From positions 96,001 to 160,000 of the forward strand of contig OZ244999.1 of assembly GCA_965223265.1 (NCBI GenBank): a DNA stretch of 64,000 bases, read 5' to 3'. Positions 28,706 through 38,674 of the stretch are shown one piece after another; the first letter of the stretch is position 1, and each line of letters starts with the position of its first letter. The DNA comes from Planctomycetota bacterium. Lineage in GTDB: Bacteria; Planctomycetota; UBA8108; SXIK01. The notes under the pieces were generated by a model that saw only the letters and a list, made by a program, of their open reading frames with translations, was not told the origin of the DNA and did not search any database. Both the position numbers and the translations under genes were made by a program.

Positions 28706-30184
28706 TCACGCCAAGAGTTTCTCGACAACCTGACCGCCAACGTTCGTCAGCCGCTGGTCGAGTCCGCCAAAGCGCTTGGAGAGCTTCAGGTGATCGAGTC
28801 CGAAAAGGTGCAGCAGCGTAGCATGGAAGTCGTTGATGTGCACCGGGTCTTCGACCGGCGCCCAGCCGAGCTCGTCGGTGCTGCCGACCACTTGGCCGCC
28901 TTTCACGCCGCCGCCCGCCATCCACAAGCTAAACGCGAACGGGTGATGGTCACGACCCGGCTTCTGACCGTTGCCCTCGTGATTGTCCGCGAGCGGTGTG
29001 CGTCCGAACTCGCCGGTGAAGACGACAAGCGTCGAGTCGAGGAGTCCACGCTGCTTGAGATCCGTGAGCAAAGCTGCCACCGGCTGATCCACGACGCTGC
29101 TGTTGTACTCGAGGTCCTTGTCGAGCGCGTCGTGGTGATCCCACGATGCGTGATAGAGATTCACGAAGCGGACGCCACGTTCGACGAGCCGCCGGGCCAA
29201 CAGGCAGTTGCGCGCGAACCCGGCGTGCGCGTAGGCGCTGTAGCCGCGATGGCGGCGGTTCTCCGGTTCGGGGCGATCGACGCCGTAGTCGCGCAGAGTC
29301 TTCTCCGTTTCGCCGGAAAGATCCATGAGCTCGGGTGCTGCGTTTTGCATGCGAAATGCTAGCTCATAGGAAGCGATGCGGCCTGCAATCTGCGGATCGC
29401 CCGAGACAGCGAATCGACGGTGGTTGAGCTCTTTCAGAACTTCGAGCCCTTGACGCTGCATCCGGCGCGAGACCCCCGGCGGGTTCTTGAGGTTGAGAAT
29501 TGGTTCCCCGGTTTCGCGTAGTGCGACACCTTCGTACGCGGACGGCAGAAAACCGCTCGACCAGTTGGACGTGCCACCGCTCGTGCCGGTTCCGGCCGAG
29601 AGAACGACGTATCCTGGCAGATCGCTCGACTCACTCCCGAGGCCATACGTCACCCATGATCCGACGCTTGGTCGCCCGAGGCGACCGACGCCACAGTTCA
29701 TCATGAGCTGCGCCGGATGGTGGTTGAATTCGTCGGTGTGCATTGAACGCACGAGCGCGATGTCGTCGGTGCAGGTGGCGATGTGCGGCAAGCGGTCTGA
29801 AATCTCCATGCCACAGTCGCCGTGCGGTGTGAACTTGCGCGGACTGCCTTTGAGCATCGCAGTCTTGGTGTTGATGAATGCGAATCGCACGTTCTTGGCC
29901 ATCGACTCTGGTAAGGGCTGGCCGTGTAGCTCGACCAGCTTCGGCTTCGGGTCGAAGAGATCGATCTGGCTTGGCGCGCCGGCCAAGAAGATGAAGATGC
30001 AGTTCTTCGCCCGCGGCTCGTGGTGCGGTGACTTGACGGCGAGAGGATTCTGAGCCTGCGCCTCGTTTGCGAGGAGACCGTCTCGCTCGAGGAGCGCCGC
30101 GCACGCCAGAGCGCCGAGACCACTGGCGCTGGTCGTCAAAAAGTGGCGACGTGATTGCTGGATGATTTCGTCGTTTAGATTCAT
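28706..30184 (-). CDS. DUF1501 domain protein (Tat-type signal)
   Basis: SRRHFL. AKNCIFIFLAGAPSQIDLFDPKP, GEFGRTP, GRDHHP. Confidence 0.9.
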   Translation of the reverse strand: MNLNDEIIQQSRRHFLTTSASGLGALACAALLERDGLLANEAQAQNPLAVKSPHHEPRAKNCIFIFLAGAPSQIDLFDPKPKLVELHGQPLPESMAKNVRFAFINTKTAMLKGSPRKFTPHGDCGMEISDRLPHIATCTDDIALVRSMHTDEFNHHPAQLMMNCGVGRLGRPSVGSWVTYGLGSESSDLPGYVVLSAGTGTSGGTSNWSSGFLPSAYEGVALRETGEPILNLKNPPGVSRRMQRQGLEVLKELNHRRFAVSGDPQIAGRIASYELAFRMQNAAPELMDLSGETEKTLRDYGVDRPEPENRRHRGYSAYAHAGFARNCLLARRLVERGVRFVNLYHASWDHHDALDKDLEYNSSVVDQPVAALLTDLKQRGLLDSTLVVFTGEFGRTPLADNHEGNGQKPGRDHHPFAFSLWMAGGGVKGGQVVGSTDELGWAPVEDPVHINDFHATLLHLFGLDHLKLSKRFGGLDQRLTNVGGQVVEKLLA

Positions 30185-30222
30185 GAGCTCCGGCTCTTGA
30201 TTCCTGCGTTTCGCGTGCATCT

Positions 30223-32949
30223 CTACTCGCGGGTGATGAACTCGTCTGTGTTGAGAAGCGTCCGCGCCACCGTGATCCATGCGGCGAGCTCCGGGTCCGG
30301 CGCGACGTCTTGGCGCTGTCTTTCATGACGATTCGCAGTCGACGTGCCGGGCAGCGCTCGTGTGATGGCGACAGCCGCCGAGCTGTCAGCCTCAAACTCG
30401 GTCAGTTGGTCGAGGTAGTAGGTGCTGAGGAGCGCAATTTCCCCGTCGGTCGGTCGCCGTCCTAAACCCATGAGGAATGCGCTCCGCAAACTGCGCTCGA
30501 CTGCGCCCTGGTCACGGGCGCCTGGGTCGCCGAGTTGATTCTTCGCGCCGGCCTCTCGGTGATGCAGAGCGATGCGACGGCCAAACGCCTGGGCGGCCTC
30601 GAAGAAGACGACGTCGTTCCATAGCGTCAGCGCCTGCAGGGGCGTGTTCGATCGTTCGCGCCGGGTACAGCTGGTGTTGGAATCGGCGGCGTCGAAGGTC
30701 GCGAACATCGGGTAAGGAACCGTACGCTGGAAGAACGTGTAAATGCCGCGACGGTAACGATCTCCGCCGCTACTTGTCGTCCACTTCACCCGGTTTTGAA
30801 ATCCGAGCTGGGCGACGCCCGCGGGCTGGGGCGGGAAGACGCTCGGACCGCCGAGGCGGCGATTGAGGAGGTTGCTCGCAGCGAGTGTCAGGTCGCGGAC
30901 GATCTCGGCTTCGACGCGTAGGCGCCTCTGGCGTGCGAGCAAGGTGCCGAGTGGGTCGCGCGCGGCGAGTTCCGGTCGCATTGCCGACGCTTGTCGGTAG
31001 GTCGATGACATGACGATGAGTCGATGCAGCGCCTTGAGGCTCCAGCCGCCGCGGCGCAGCTCGCTCGCTAACCAATCGAGGAGATCGGGGTGCGAAGGTT
31101 CTTCCCCCTGCGTGCCGAAATCGTTGTCTGAGGCAACGAGTCCGCGACCAAAGAACTGTTGCCAGACGCGGTTGACGATGACGCGCGCGGTGAGCGGATT
31201 CTGTGAATCGACAAGCCACTCTGCCAGATCGAGGCGATTTGGGCTGCTTGGTTGACCGGGCTCAGCCTCACGATCAGCGCCACGTCGCATCAGCTGCGGC
31301 AGTACACCAGGGACGCTGCGAGCGACGCGCACACCGCGGTTGAGAAAGTCGCCGCGGATGTGAACTTGTGTCGTACGCGGAGCTGCCAACTCGCTCACCG
31401 TCTGCGCTTTGATGACGTCGCGAGGATCCTTCGGTGCGCTGCGTGCGTGCTGTGCGGCGGCCGTGACCAAGGTGACAAGTTGCGCGTCGGCGTCGGCGAC
31501 GAAACTGTCGAGCTGACTCTTCTGCTCGCTGCTGCGATCGCGCTCGGCCAGCGTCAGGAGTTCTAAGACTTCCTTGGCTCGAACCGACAGGCTGTTACGT
31601 CCCTCGTGCTTTGCGATCGCCGCAAGATGCGCGGTTTGCTCCTTCTCGTAGGCGATCCTGGCGACTGCGTGCTCGTCCAAGTGACGCGGCAGGGGAGCCG
31701 GAATGTCGACCTCTTCTAGGCTGTTGAAGAAAGCATACAGGCTGTAGTATTCGCGCTGGCTCACCGGGTCATACTTGTGGCTATGACATTGTGCACAGCC
31801 GATCGTGAGGCCGAGCCAGACTTCACCAAGCGTGTTGGTGCGATCGACAGTGCGCTTGACGCGATCTTCTTCTCTGTCGACGCCGCCTTCGGTGTTGATG
31901 AGAGTGTTCCGGTGAAAACCGGTGGCGGTTCTTTGTTCCGTCGTTGCGTCGACGAGCAGATCCCCGGCGAGTTGCTCGATCGTGAACTCGTCGAATGGTT
32001 TGTCATCGTTTAGCGAACTGATCACCCATTCGCGCCAGCGCCAAGCATGCGGGCGGGCGCGGTCCTTCTCGTAGCCGTCGCTGTCAGCGTAGCGCGCCAT
32101 GTCGAGCCAGTAGCGACCCCAGCGTTCACCGTAATGTGGGGAGGCGAGCAGGCGATCCACCAGGCGCTGGTATGCGAGCTGCGTGTGACCGCCTGTCGCT
32201 TCCGATGCATCGGCGAGAAACTCTTCCACCTCGCCTGGAGTCGGGGGCAAGCCGGTGAGGTCGAGTGAGACACGGCGCAGCAAGGTTTCGAGCGGCGCCT
32301 CAGGAGACGGCTCGATCGCCTCCCTCTCCAAGCCTTCGAGTACGAACGCATCGATCGGATTGTGGACCCATGCGTCGTTCTGGACGCGCGGGGGGAGTGG
32401 GTCACGGATCGGCTGAAAGGCCCAGTGGTCGGGCGTGTGCCGCGCCGTCGTCTCTGGCTCTTCGGGCCACGCGGCGCCCTGATCGATCCACGCGCGGAGT
32501 AGCGCTACGTCGCTCGCGCTCAAAGGCGCGCCTTCGCCCACCGGCGGCATTCGGTTTTCTTCACCCGCGGCACCGGCGACGAGATGAATCAATCGGCTTG
32601 AGGCGCTCACGCCGGGAACGATCACCGTCCCACTGGTGCTACCTTCGAAGGCGCGTCGCTTGATGTCGAGGCGGAGGTCGGCGGCTTGTTCCTCGGCGCC
32701 GTGACAAGAGACGCAGCGCGCACGCAGGAGAGGTTGAATGTCGCCGACAAAGTCGACCGGCCGTATTGCCGCTGGCGGGAGTTTGCCAAGGTCAACGTCG
32801 TCGGCGCGATCCGCCGCAACGAACGCCGGATGGGGCGCCGCTGCGAGGAGGACCAGAAAAAAGGCGACAGCCCGAAACGTAAAAGGGCGCACTTCCCTCT
32901 CTTGCTTGAACGAAGGTTGTGTCATTCCGCGGGCGTCATCTCCATTCAA
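30223..32949 (-). CDS. Planctomycete cytochrome c + DUF1549 + DUF1553 protein
   Basis: Signal peptide. VDFVGDIQPLLRARCVSCH (CxxCH), WIDQGA, YGERWGRYWLD, CAQCHSHKYDP, PSHPDLLDWLA. Confidence 0.9.
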   Translation of the reverse strand: MNGDDARGMTQPSFKQEREVRPFTFRAVAFFLVLLAAAPHPAFVAADRADDVDLGKLPPAAIRPVDFVGDIQPLLRARCVSCHGAEEQAADLRLDIKRRAFEGSTSGTVIVPGVSASSRLIHLVAGAAGEENRMPPVGEGAPLSASDVALLRAWIDQGAAWPEEPETTARHTPDHWAFQPIRDPLPPRVQNDAWVHNPIDAFVLEGLEREAIEPSPEAPLETLLRRVSLDLTGLPPTPGEVEEFLADASEATGGHTQLAYQRLVDRLLASPHYGERWGRYWLDMARYADSDGYEKDRARPHAWRWREWVISSLNDDKPFDEFTIEQLAGDLLVDATTEQRTATGFHRNTLINTEGGVDREEDRVKRTVDRTNTLGEVWLGLTIGCAQCHSHKYDPVSQREYYSLYAFFNSLEEVDIPAPLPRHLDEHAVARIAYEKEQTAHLAAIAKHEGRNSLSVRAKEVLELLTLAERDRSSEQKSQLDSFVADADAQLVTLVTAAAQHARSAPKDPRDVIKAQTVSELAAPRTTQVHIRGDFLNRGVRVARSVPGVLPQLMRRGADREAEPGQPSSPNRLDLAEWLVDSQNPLTARVIVNRVWQQFFGRGLVASDNDFGTQGEEPSHPDLLDWLASELRRGGWSLKALHRLIVMSSTYRQASAMRPELAARDPLGTLLARQRRLRVEAEIVRDLTLAASNLLNRRLGGPSVFPPQPAGVAQLGFQNRVKWTTSSGGDRYRRGIYTFFQRTVPYPMFATFDAADSNTSCTRRERSNTPLQALTLWNDVVFFEAAQAFGRRIALHHREAGAKNQLGDPGARDQGAVERSLRSAFLMGLGRRPTDGEIALLSTYYLDQLTEFEADSSAAVAITRALPGTSTANRHERQRQDVAPDPELAAWITVARTLLNTDEFITRE

Positions 32950-33091
32950 CGCCGTCCTGATTCAGCCGCGTGGGGCGCTCGCGGTGCATTTTACTCGCTG
33001 CTCAAGCGGCCTGGAAACCTGATGTCGCGGAAACCGAGCGCGGGAAGCTTTCCGGGCGATACTATGGTCGCTCGAGGGAAACTCTCAGGCG

Positions 33092-34132
33092 CTACGGTGA
33101 GGCGGGAGGGGCGAACTCGACCGGCGTCCAAGGAAGTTCGTTCGTGGTTCGAGGCTTGTACCGGCCACGTTGGATCGCCTTTTGCTTGTGGCGCTGAGCG
33201 GCTTGGTCCACGCCTGTGGGAGGATTCAACGCTCGGGAAAGAAAGCGGAATACCTCGGGGAAGCGCCATCTTTTCGAGTGTCCCACGTGAGCCGCACCCC
33301 GGTGGAGGTGGTAGTCGTGCTCGATCGCAGCATCGAAGAGCAGACGGTGGAGAAGTTCGACGGAGCGGTAGTTCCCGTTCGCATCCTCGTCGCCGACTTC
33401 GATGAGGAGCTGGAGATTCGACGATCGCAAAGTGGCTGCGTTGTCGATCACCATCGTCGGCGGGTGCGTGCTGCGCCAGAATGAGGGGTCGACGGGGTTG
33501 CCGAATCGTCTGCCGTGATTCGCCATGACCTCGGCACCAAAGTAGCTAATGTCCCAATCCTCCAATCGCAGAACGGCGGGGAACCCCGGCGCCATCGCCG
33601 CAGCCGCGGTGAATAACTCCGGGTGACGGAGAGCGATTCGGAGTACTCCCTGCGCTCCGAAAGAGCTGCCCGCGATGACCGTGCCGGCTCGATCTTGACG
33701 CACGTGGTAGTTCGTTCGCACGTGGTCGAGTAACTGTCCCGTGATGAACGTATCCCACTGATTCGTGCCGTCATGCCAATCGATGAAGAACGATGCTCCA
33801 GTCACAGGAGCGACGACGACGCAGGGCGTCAGGTCGCTGTTGACCCACGCTCTTTCAACGAAAGGTCGCAGGTGATTCTCGAGGTAGTCTTTCCCCGACG
33901 TTCCACCGTGCAGCCAGATGAAGAGAGGGAGAGGCTCACCAGCTTGGCTGTAGCCCGGTGGCAAAAGGATGTCTATGGCCGCAGGGCTCGGCACGAGCTT
34001 TGTCTCGAGTCGGAGGTTGATCAGTCTCCCGCGCGGCGTCGAACGTTGCCCCGTGGTCTGGCAGCAGGAGGAGTGAGGCGCTAGGAGGATCAACAGCGTC
34101 AACGCGTTGACATAGTTCGCCATAGTTCTCAT
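33092..34132 (-). CDS. Putative secreted esterase (alpha/beta hydrolase)
   Basis: ILLPPGY, WLHGG, nucleophile elbow GSSFG, VGDED, GAAH. Confidence 0.8.
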   Translation of the reverse strand: MRTMANYVNALTLLILLAPHSSCCQTTGQRSTPRGRLINLRLETKLVPSPAAIDILLPPGYSQAGEPLPLFIWLHGGTSGKDYLENHLRPFVERAWVNSDLTPCVVVAPVTGASFFIDWHDGTNQWDTFITGQLLDHVRTNYHVRQDRAGTVIAGSSFGAQGVLRIALRHPELFTAAAAMAPGFPAVLRLEDWDISYFGAEVMANHGRRFGNPVDPSFWRSTHPPTMVIDNAATLRSSNLQLLIEVGDEDANGNYRSVELLHRLLFDAAIEHDYHLHRGAAHVGHSKRWRFPEVFRFLSRALNPPTGVDQAAQRHKQKAIQRGRYKPRTTNELPWTPVEFAPPASP

Positions 34133-34211
34133 GGAAGTGCGCCTCGCCGCTGGGGCTGGCATCAGGAGCGCCGGGACAAGTTTTGCTCGGCGCTCTCGAG
34201 GCGGTGAGCTG

Positions 34212-34988
34212 TCAACAATTAACTCCCGAGGCGAGGAAACCCCCATCCACCGTGATGCATTGCCCGGTGATGTAACTCGCTCCGTCCGAAGCGAGCAGCA
34301 CCGCGGCGCCGACGAGCTCGCTCGCCTCGCCGAAACGTTTCATCGGCGTACGGAGCTTCAGTTCACGGCCGCGGTCGGTCTTCTCCAGGAGCTCGGCGTT
34401 CAGCTCGGTGGGAAAGACCCCTGGCGCGATCGCATTGACGCAGATTCCGTGTGGTGCCCACTCTACCGCGAGACTGCGCGTCAGCGACAACACTGCCGCC
34501 TTCGACGCGCTATAGCCTGTGACCTCGAAAAGTGACACGAATGAAGTTAACGACGCGATGTTGACGATGCGAGCGTGCTCGCTCTCTTTGAGCGCTGGAA
34601 AGAACGACTGACAGCAGCGCAGGATGCCCGTGAGATTCGTATTGAGAATGTCCTGCCATTCCGCTTCTTCGATCTCGTGGGTCGGCTTCTTGAGCATCTT
34701 GCCTGCGGCATTGACGAGGACGTCGACGTGACCGAATTCGGCGCGCACCGCGTCGCAAAGTGTATCGATGGAGGCTCGCGTGCCGACGTCTGTCGGCTGG
34801 CGCAGTGTCTTTCGACCGAGCCCTTCGATCTCGGTGCAAACCTCGTCTAATCGATCCGCTCGTCGTCCCGTCGGTACGACGTCCGCGCCTGCTTCTGCCA
34901 GGCCGAGGGCTATCGATCGCCCGAGCCCAGAGGTAGCACCTACGACAACTGCAACCCTGCCGGCGAGATCAAGGCATCGGTGACCCAT
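34212..34988 (-). CDS. SDR family oxidoreductase (KduD/gluconate 5-dehydrogenase-like)
   Basis: GATSGLG, LVNAAG, YSASK, VNAIAPG, VDGGFLA. Confidence 0.88.
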   Translation of the reverse strand: MGHRCLDLAGRVAVVVGATSGLGRSIALGLAEAGADVVPTGRRADRLDEVCTEIEGLGRKTLRQPTDVGTRASIDTLCDAVRAEFGHVDVLVNAAGKMLKKPTHEIEEAEWQDILNTNLTGILRCCQSFFPALKESEHARIVNIASLTSFVSLFEVTGYSASKAAVLSLTRSLAVEWAPHGICVNAIAPGVFPTELNAELLEKTDRGRELKLRTPMKRFGEASELVGAAVLLASDGASYITGQCITVDGGFLASGVNC

Positions 34989-35174
34989 GGCTGGAGAACC
35001 CTTTCAAACGTGCATGTGTTGTCTGGTTAGAAGTTCGGCACCCCTGTGCGTCGACGCGCCGATTTTCGCGCACTCCTTTCCGCGAGCGTTGCGGTATATT
35101 GAGCGACGTCGGCGCCGAACTCGGCGAAGAGCCTACACGATCCGAGACCATCATGACAGGGAGACCACGGCAGA

Positions 35175-36248
35175 ATGAAATACGGCCTCAATATCAGAGA
35201 GGAAGGCGCGCTCGACTTTTTATCCCTGGGCGCCCTTGTCCACCGATTGGACCCGGGGATCATTCCCTTTCGCAAGGCGTCCGAGTGCGCCATTCACGTC
35301 AGCGGCGGCGAGTTCAACTGCGCGGCGAATCTGGCGGACTGTTTCGGCATGCGCACCGGCATGGCAACAGCGATGGTCGACTATCCCATCGGCGCTTTAA
35401 TCGCCGAGCGAGTGCGCGCCATGGGGGTCAAGCCGTTCTACAAACATTTCGAACACAACGGTGTGACCGGGCCGAATATGGCAGCCGTTCTCAGCGACCG
35501 CGGCCAAGGCGTGCGTGCGCCGGTGGTGTTTTACAACCGTTCGAACGAAGCCGCGGCACAGCTGAAACCTGGCGACTTCGACTGGCAGGCGATCTTTGCC
35601 GGCGGCGTGCGTTGGTTTCATAGCGGTGGAATCTTCGCGGCGCTGTCGGGGACGACATCGGACGTGATCGTCGAAGCGATGCAGGCGGCAAAAGCCGCTG
35701 GCGCGATCGTATCGTTCGACCTCAACTTTCGCGCCAAGCTCTGGAAGGTTTTTGGCGGTGAGGATCAATCCGTCTCGATCATGCGGCGCATTGTCGAAAA
35801 CGTCGATGTTCTCGTCGGCAACGAAGAGGATCTCCAGAAGGGTCTCGGTATTCCGGGCCCTGAAGTAGCGACGAAGTCGAAGCTCGACCCGAGCGTTTTC
35901 TTCGGCATGATCGGCCAGGTGAAGGAACGGTACCCGCAGGTCAAGATTGTCGCCACGACGCTACGCGATGTTCAGTCGACGAATCGACATCGCTGGAGCG
36001 CCGTTGCATGGATCGATGGCAAGACCTACGAGGCGCCGACGTGTGATCTCGATGTCTATGACCGCGTCGGCGGGGGCGACGGGTTCGCGTCGGGGTTCTT
36101 CTACGGTTTGCTCACAGGTGAAGCTCCGCAGGAGGCCCTTCGGCTCGGTTGGGCCCATGGTGCTCTCATCACGACGTTCCCCGGCGACACGACGATGGCG
36201 ACTGTCGAGCAAGTGAGGAACTTCGGCTCATCGCGCATTCAGCGGTGA
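35175..36248 (+). CDS. PfkB-family sugar kinase (2-keto-3-deoxygluconate kinase-like)
   Basis: GGEFN, SFDLNFRAKLW, GNEED, DRVGGGDGF. Divergent from the KduD-like SDR. Confidence 0.85.
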   Translation: MKYGLNIREEGALDFLSLGALVHRLDPGIIPFRKASECAIHVSGGEFNCAANLADCFGMRTGMATAMVDYPIGALIAERVRAMGVKPFYKHFEHNGVTGPNMAAVLSDRGQGVRAPVVFYNRSNEAAAQLKPGDFDWQAIFAGGVRWFHSGGIFAALSGTTSDVIVEAMQAAKAAGAIVSFDLNFRAKLWKVFGGEDQSVSIMRRIVENVDVLVGNEEDLQKGLGIPGPEVATKSKLDPSVFFGMIGQVKERYPQVKIVATTLRDVQSTNRHRWSAVAWIDGKTYEAPTCDLDVYDRVGGGDGFASGFFYGLLTGEAPQEALRLGWAHGALITTFPGDTTMATVEQVRNFGSSRIQR

Positions 36249-36606
36249 CGCGGTCCCCCAACGTGTCCAGAGAGTCGTGAACCTCACTTTTTCGTGTCCG
36301 GAGAGAGTTGTGTTTGCGGATCCTCCGCAAGCGTTGCGCCGCGCTGAGAAGGCACTATGATTCAGGGTGCGCGCCATGCGCAAGATTGGCGGCGCGGTAC
36401 GGCGTGAGCGGAGAGCGCGTGTTGGCACGGGTGCCGACGGGAGTCGTTTTCGTCACCGAGCCGCGTGGGTGGACATCGGTCGGAATGTTTGTTTCGTGAT
36501 TTGGCAGTTGCCCGGTGAATCGTTGTGGGAGACGCGCATTGTGGGGGATATAGTGGAAGACGACCGTCGTTCTATACGCGTTGCGAAGGAGCGCGAAAGG
36601 GGGATT

Positions 36607-37641
36607 ATGAGTTTGTCGTCCGTGAAGCCTGGGGAGATCGAGTACCCCGAAACCGACGGCAAGCCCATGGCTGAGACGGACCGTCATCGCGACTTGATGG
36701 TCGATCTCATCGCGGCGGCTCGCTACCACTTTCAGCATGATGCCGAGGTCTACATCAGCGGCAACCTGCTTCTCTATTACGTCGAGGGGGATCCGCGCAA
36801 GTGTGTGGCGCCCGATTTCTTCTTCGTGCGTGGCGTGACGCCTGGCCAGAGGCGTATTTACAAGCTCTGGGAGGAAGGCGTGGTGCCGCAATTGGTGGTC
36901 GAGTTGACGTCGAGGAAAACTCACCGCGAGGATCTCGGCGACAAACGCAGGCTCTACGAAGAGCTCGGGGTGTTGGAGTACTACCTCTTTGACCCGGAAG
37001 GCGTTCGTTTTCGACCACCGCTTCAGGGGTTTCGCCGTCAGTCGGATGGATTCCGCGCGGTCCAGGCAGAGGCGCGTGCTGACGGTAGCTACGTTTTTTC
37101 GAGTAGGGTGTTGGGACTCGAACTCCACGGTCGTGGGGACACGCTCAGGTTTGTCGACCCAGAGCGTGGCGAGCCCGTGCCGGTCTTTGACGACTTTGTG
37201 AGGATCGCTGCCGAGGAGCGCCGCCGCGCTGACTTCGAACGACGACGCGCCGATGCGGAGGGGCAGCGTGCAGACGAGGAAGGCCAACGCGCGGACGCAG
37301 CGAGCCAACGCGCCAATGAAGAGTGTCAACGCGCTAACGTGGAGAGTCAGCGTGCCGACTCGGAAAGTCAGCGCGCCGATGCGGAGAGTCAGCGTGCCGA
37401 CGCGGAAAGTCAGCGCGCCGATGCGGAGAGTCAGCGTGCCGACGCGGAAAGTCAGCGCGCCGATGCGGAGAGTCAGCGTGCCGACGCGGAAAGTCGACGT
37501 GCCGATGCGGAAAGGCAGCGTGCCGATGCGCTCGAGAAAGCCGCCGCGGCCGCGAGGGAGCGAGAGCAGACGATGGCTGCAGAAGTCGCACGACTCCGCG
37601 CTCAAGTCGATCAATCCACTGGCGAGGATCACCCTGCCTGA
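36607..37641 (+). CDS. Uma2/DUF820 family endonuclease-like protein with C-terminal heptad-repeat coiled coil
   Basis: YPETDGKPMAET, VAPDFFFV, VVELTSRKT, YEELGVLEYYLFDP; (ESQRADA)n tail. Confidence 0.88.
   Translation: MSLSSVKPGEIEYPETDGKPMAETDRHRDLMVDLIAAARYHFQHDAEVYISGNLLLYYVEGDPRKCVAPDFFFVRGVTPGQRRIYKLWEEGVVPQLVVELTSRKTHREDLGDKRRLYEELGVLEYYLFDPEGVRFRPPLQGFRRQSDGFRAVQAEARADGSYVFSSRVLGLELHGRGDTLRFVDPERGEPVPVFDDFVRIAAEERRRADFERRRADAEGQRADEEGQRADAASQRANEECQRANVESQRADSESQRADAESQRADAESQRADAESQRADAESQRADAESQRADAESRRADAERQRADALEKAAAAAREREQTMAAEVARLRAQVDQSTGEDHPA
37342..37530 (+). repeat. Coding 21-bp tandem repeat (9 units, alternating into a 42-bp period)
   Basis: GAGAGTCAGCGTGCCGACGCG alternates with GAAAGTCAGCGCGCCGATGCG. 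Degenerate copies extend upstream to about 37216. Confidence 0.95.
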
Positions 37642-37672
37642 CCGGTCTCTCTCGAAGCTTCACGAACGCTGG

Positions 37673-38668
37673 TCAATTGAAGGGCCGCACCAGCGTGGCA
37701 ACGCATTCTCCCTGCTTGGTGCGCGGAATAGCGCGGCGTCCCATCACGATCCCGTCCGTCGCGGCGGCGACAGGGTGCGGATCGCGCGCGGGCTCCTCGA
37801 TAAAGTGGATTTGGCCAATGGCCTGACCGGCGGCGACCGCATCGCCGAGCTCGATGAATGGTTCAAGGAGGCCAGAGACGGGGGCCATGATGTAATCGCC
37901 GCGTTCGGTGGCTCCGACGACTTGTGGTGTCGTTTTGGGTGGCTGCGGTTCGCCGCTGAGAATACCGAAGTGGCGAAGAACGTTGCGAACTCCTGACTGG
38001 GTCAACGAGAGTGTCTCGACGCCAAACTGCGCCTTGCTTCCCATTTCCGTCCCAAGCGTGATCTTTCCGAGGCTCTCCGCATAGCCGGGCAGTAAACCCG
38101 TACCGCCCACGTCACGGTAAACGAAGACGTACGGGGCTCCCCACGCGACAGCGGCATTCACCATGGCTTCCATCTGCCGGTCGTCCGGCACCTGATGCAT
38201 GTTGACCGACGGCAAGAACAGGGTTGAGCTGCCGCCCGAGTGGACGTCGATGACGATCTCAGTCAGAGGAAACAGAACGCTCGAGACGTAGTGCGCGATC
38301 ATTCCGGTGAGCGTGTCGTCTTCGCGGCCTGGGAAGGCGCGGTTCATGTTGCGGCCGTCGATGGGCGACAGACGAGTTCCAGCATCGATGGCTGGTCGGT
38401 TCAGCATCGGGACGATGATCAAACGTCCCGTGACATCTTCCGGCTGTAAGCTCCGCATGAGTTTGAGGAGAGCGACGGGTCCTTCGAATTCGTCACCATG
38501 GTTGCCGCCAAATAGGAGTGCCGTTCGCCCTGGGCCGTTTTTGATCACTGCGATTGGAATAAACTCCGTCGCCCATCCCGAGCTGTTCGTCGACTGCGGC
38601 ACACCGAGATGACCGATCTGTTTGCCGTCTTGTTCGAAGTCGACATCGGTGAAAACTTGAGTCGTCAC
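37673..38668 (-). CDS. Succinylglutamate desuccinylase/aspartoacylase family deacylase (DoeB-like)
   Basis: GGNHGDEFEG, NMNRAFPG, DVHSGG, TEMG, C-terminal hybrid motif APVSG. Confidence 0.88.
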   Translation of the reverse strand: MTTQVFTDVDFEQDGKQIGHLGVPQSTNSSGWATEFIPIAVIKNGPGRTALLFGGNHGDEFEGPVALLKLMRSLQPEDVTGRLIIVPMLNRPAIDAGTRLSPIDGRNMNRAFPGREDDTLTGMIAHYVSSVLFPLTEIVIDVHSGGSSTLFLPSVNMHQVPDDRQMEAMVNAAVAWGAPYVFVYRDVGGTGLLPGYAESLGKITLGTEMGSKAQFGVETLSLTQSGVRNVLRHFGILSGEPQPPKTTPQVVGATERGDYIMAPVSGLLEPFIELGDAVAAGQAIGQIHFIEEPARDPHPVAAATDGIVMGRRAIPRTKQGECVATLVRPFN

Positions 38669-38674
38669 TGTGGT

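Noticed and set aside
36355-37632. 425-aa minus-strand ORF with (IGALTFRVGTLTLR)n repeats
   Set aside because: Reverse complement of the Uma2 heptad repeat; the plus strand has the recognisable domain.
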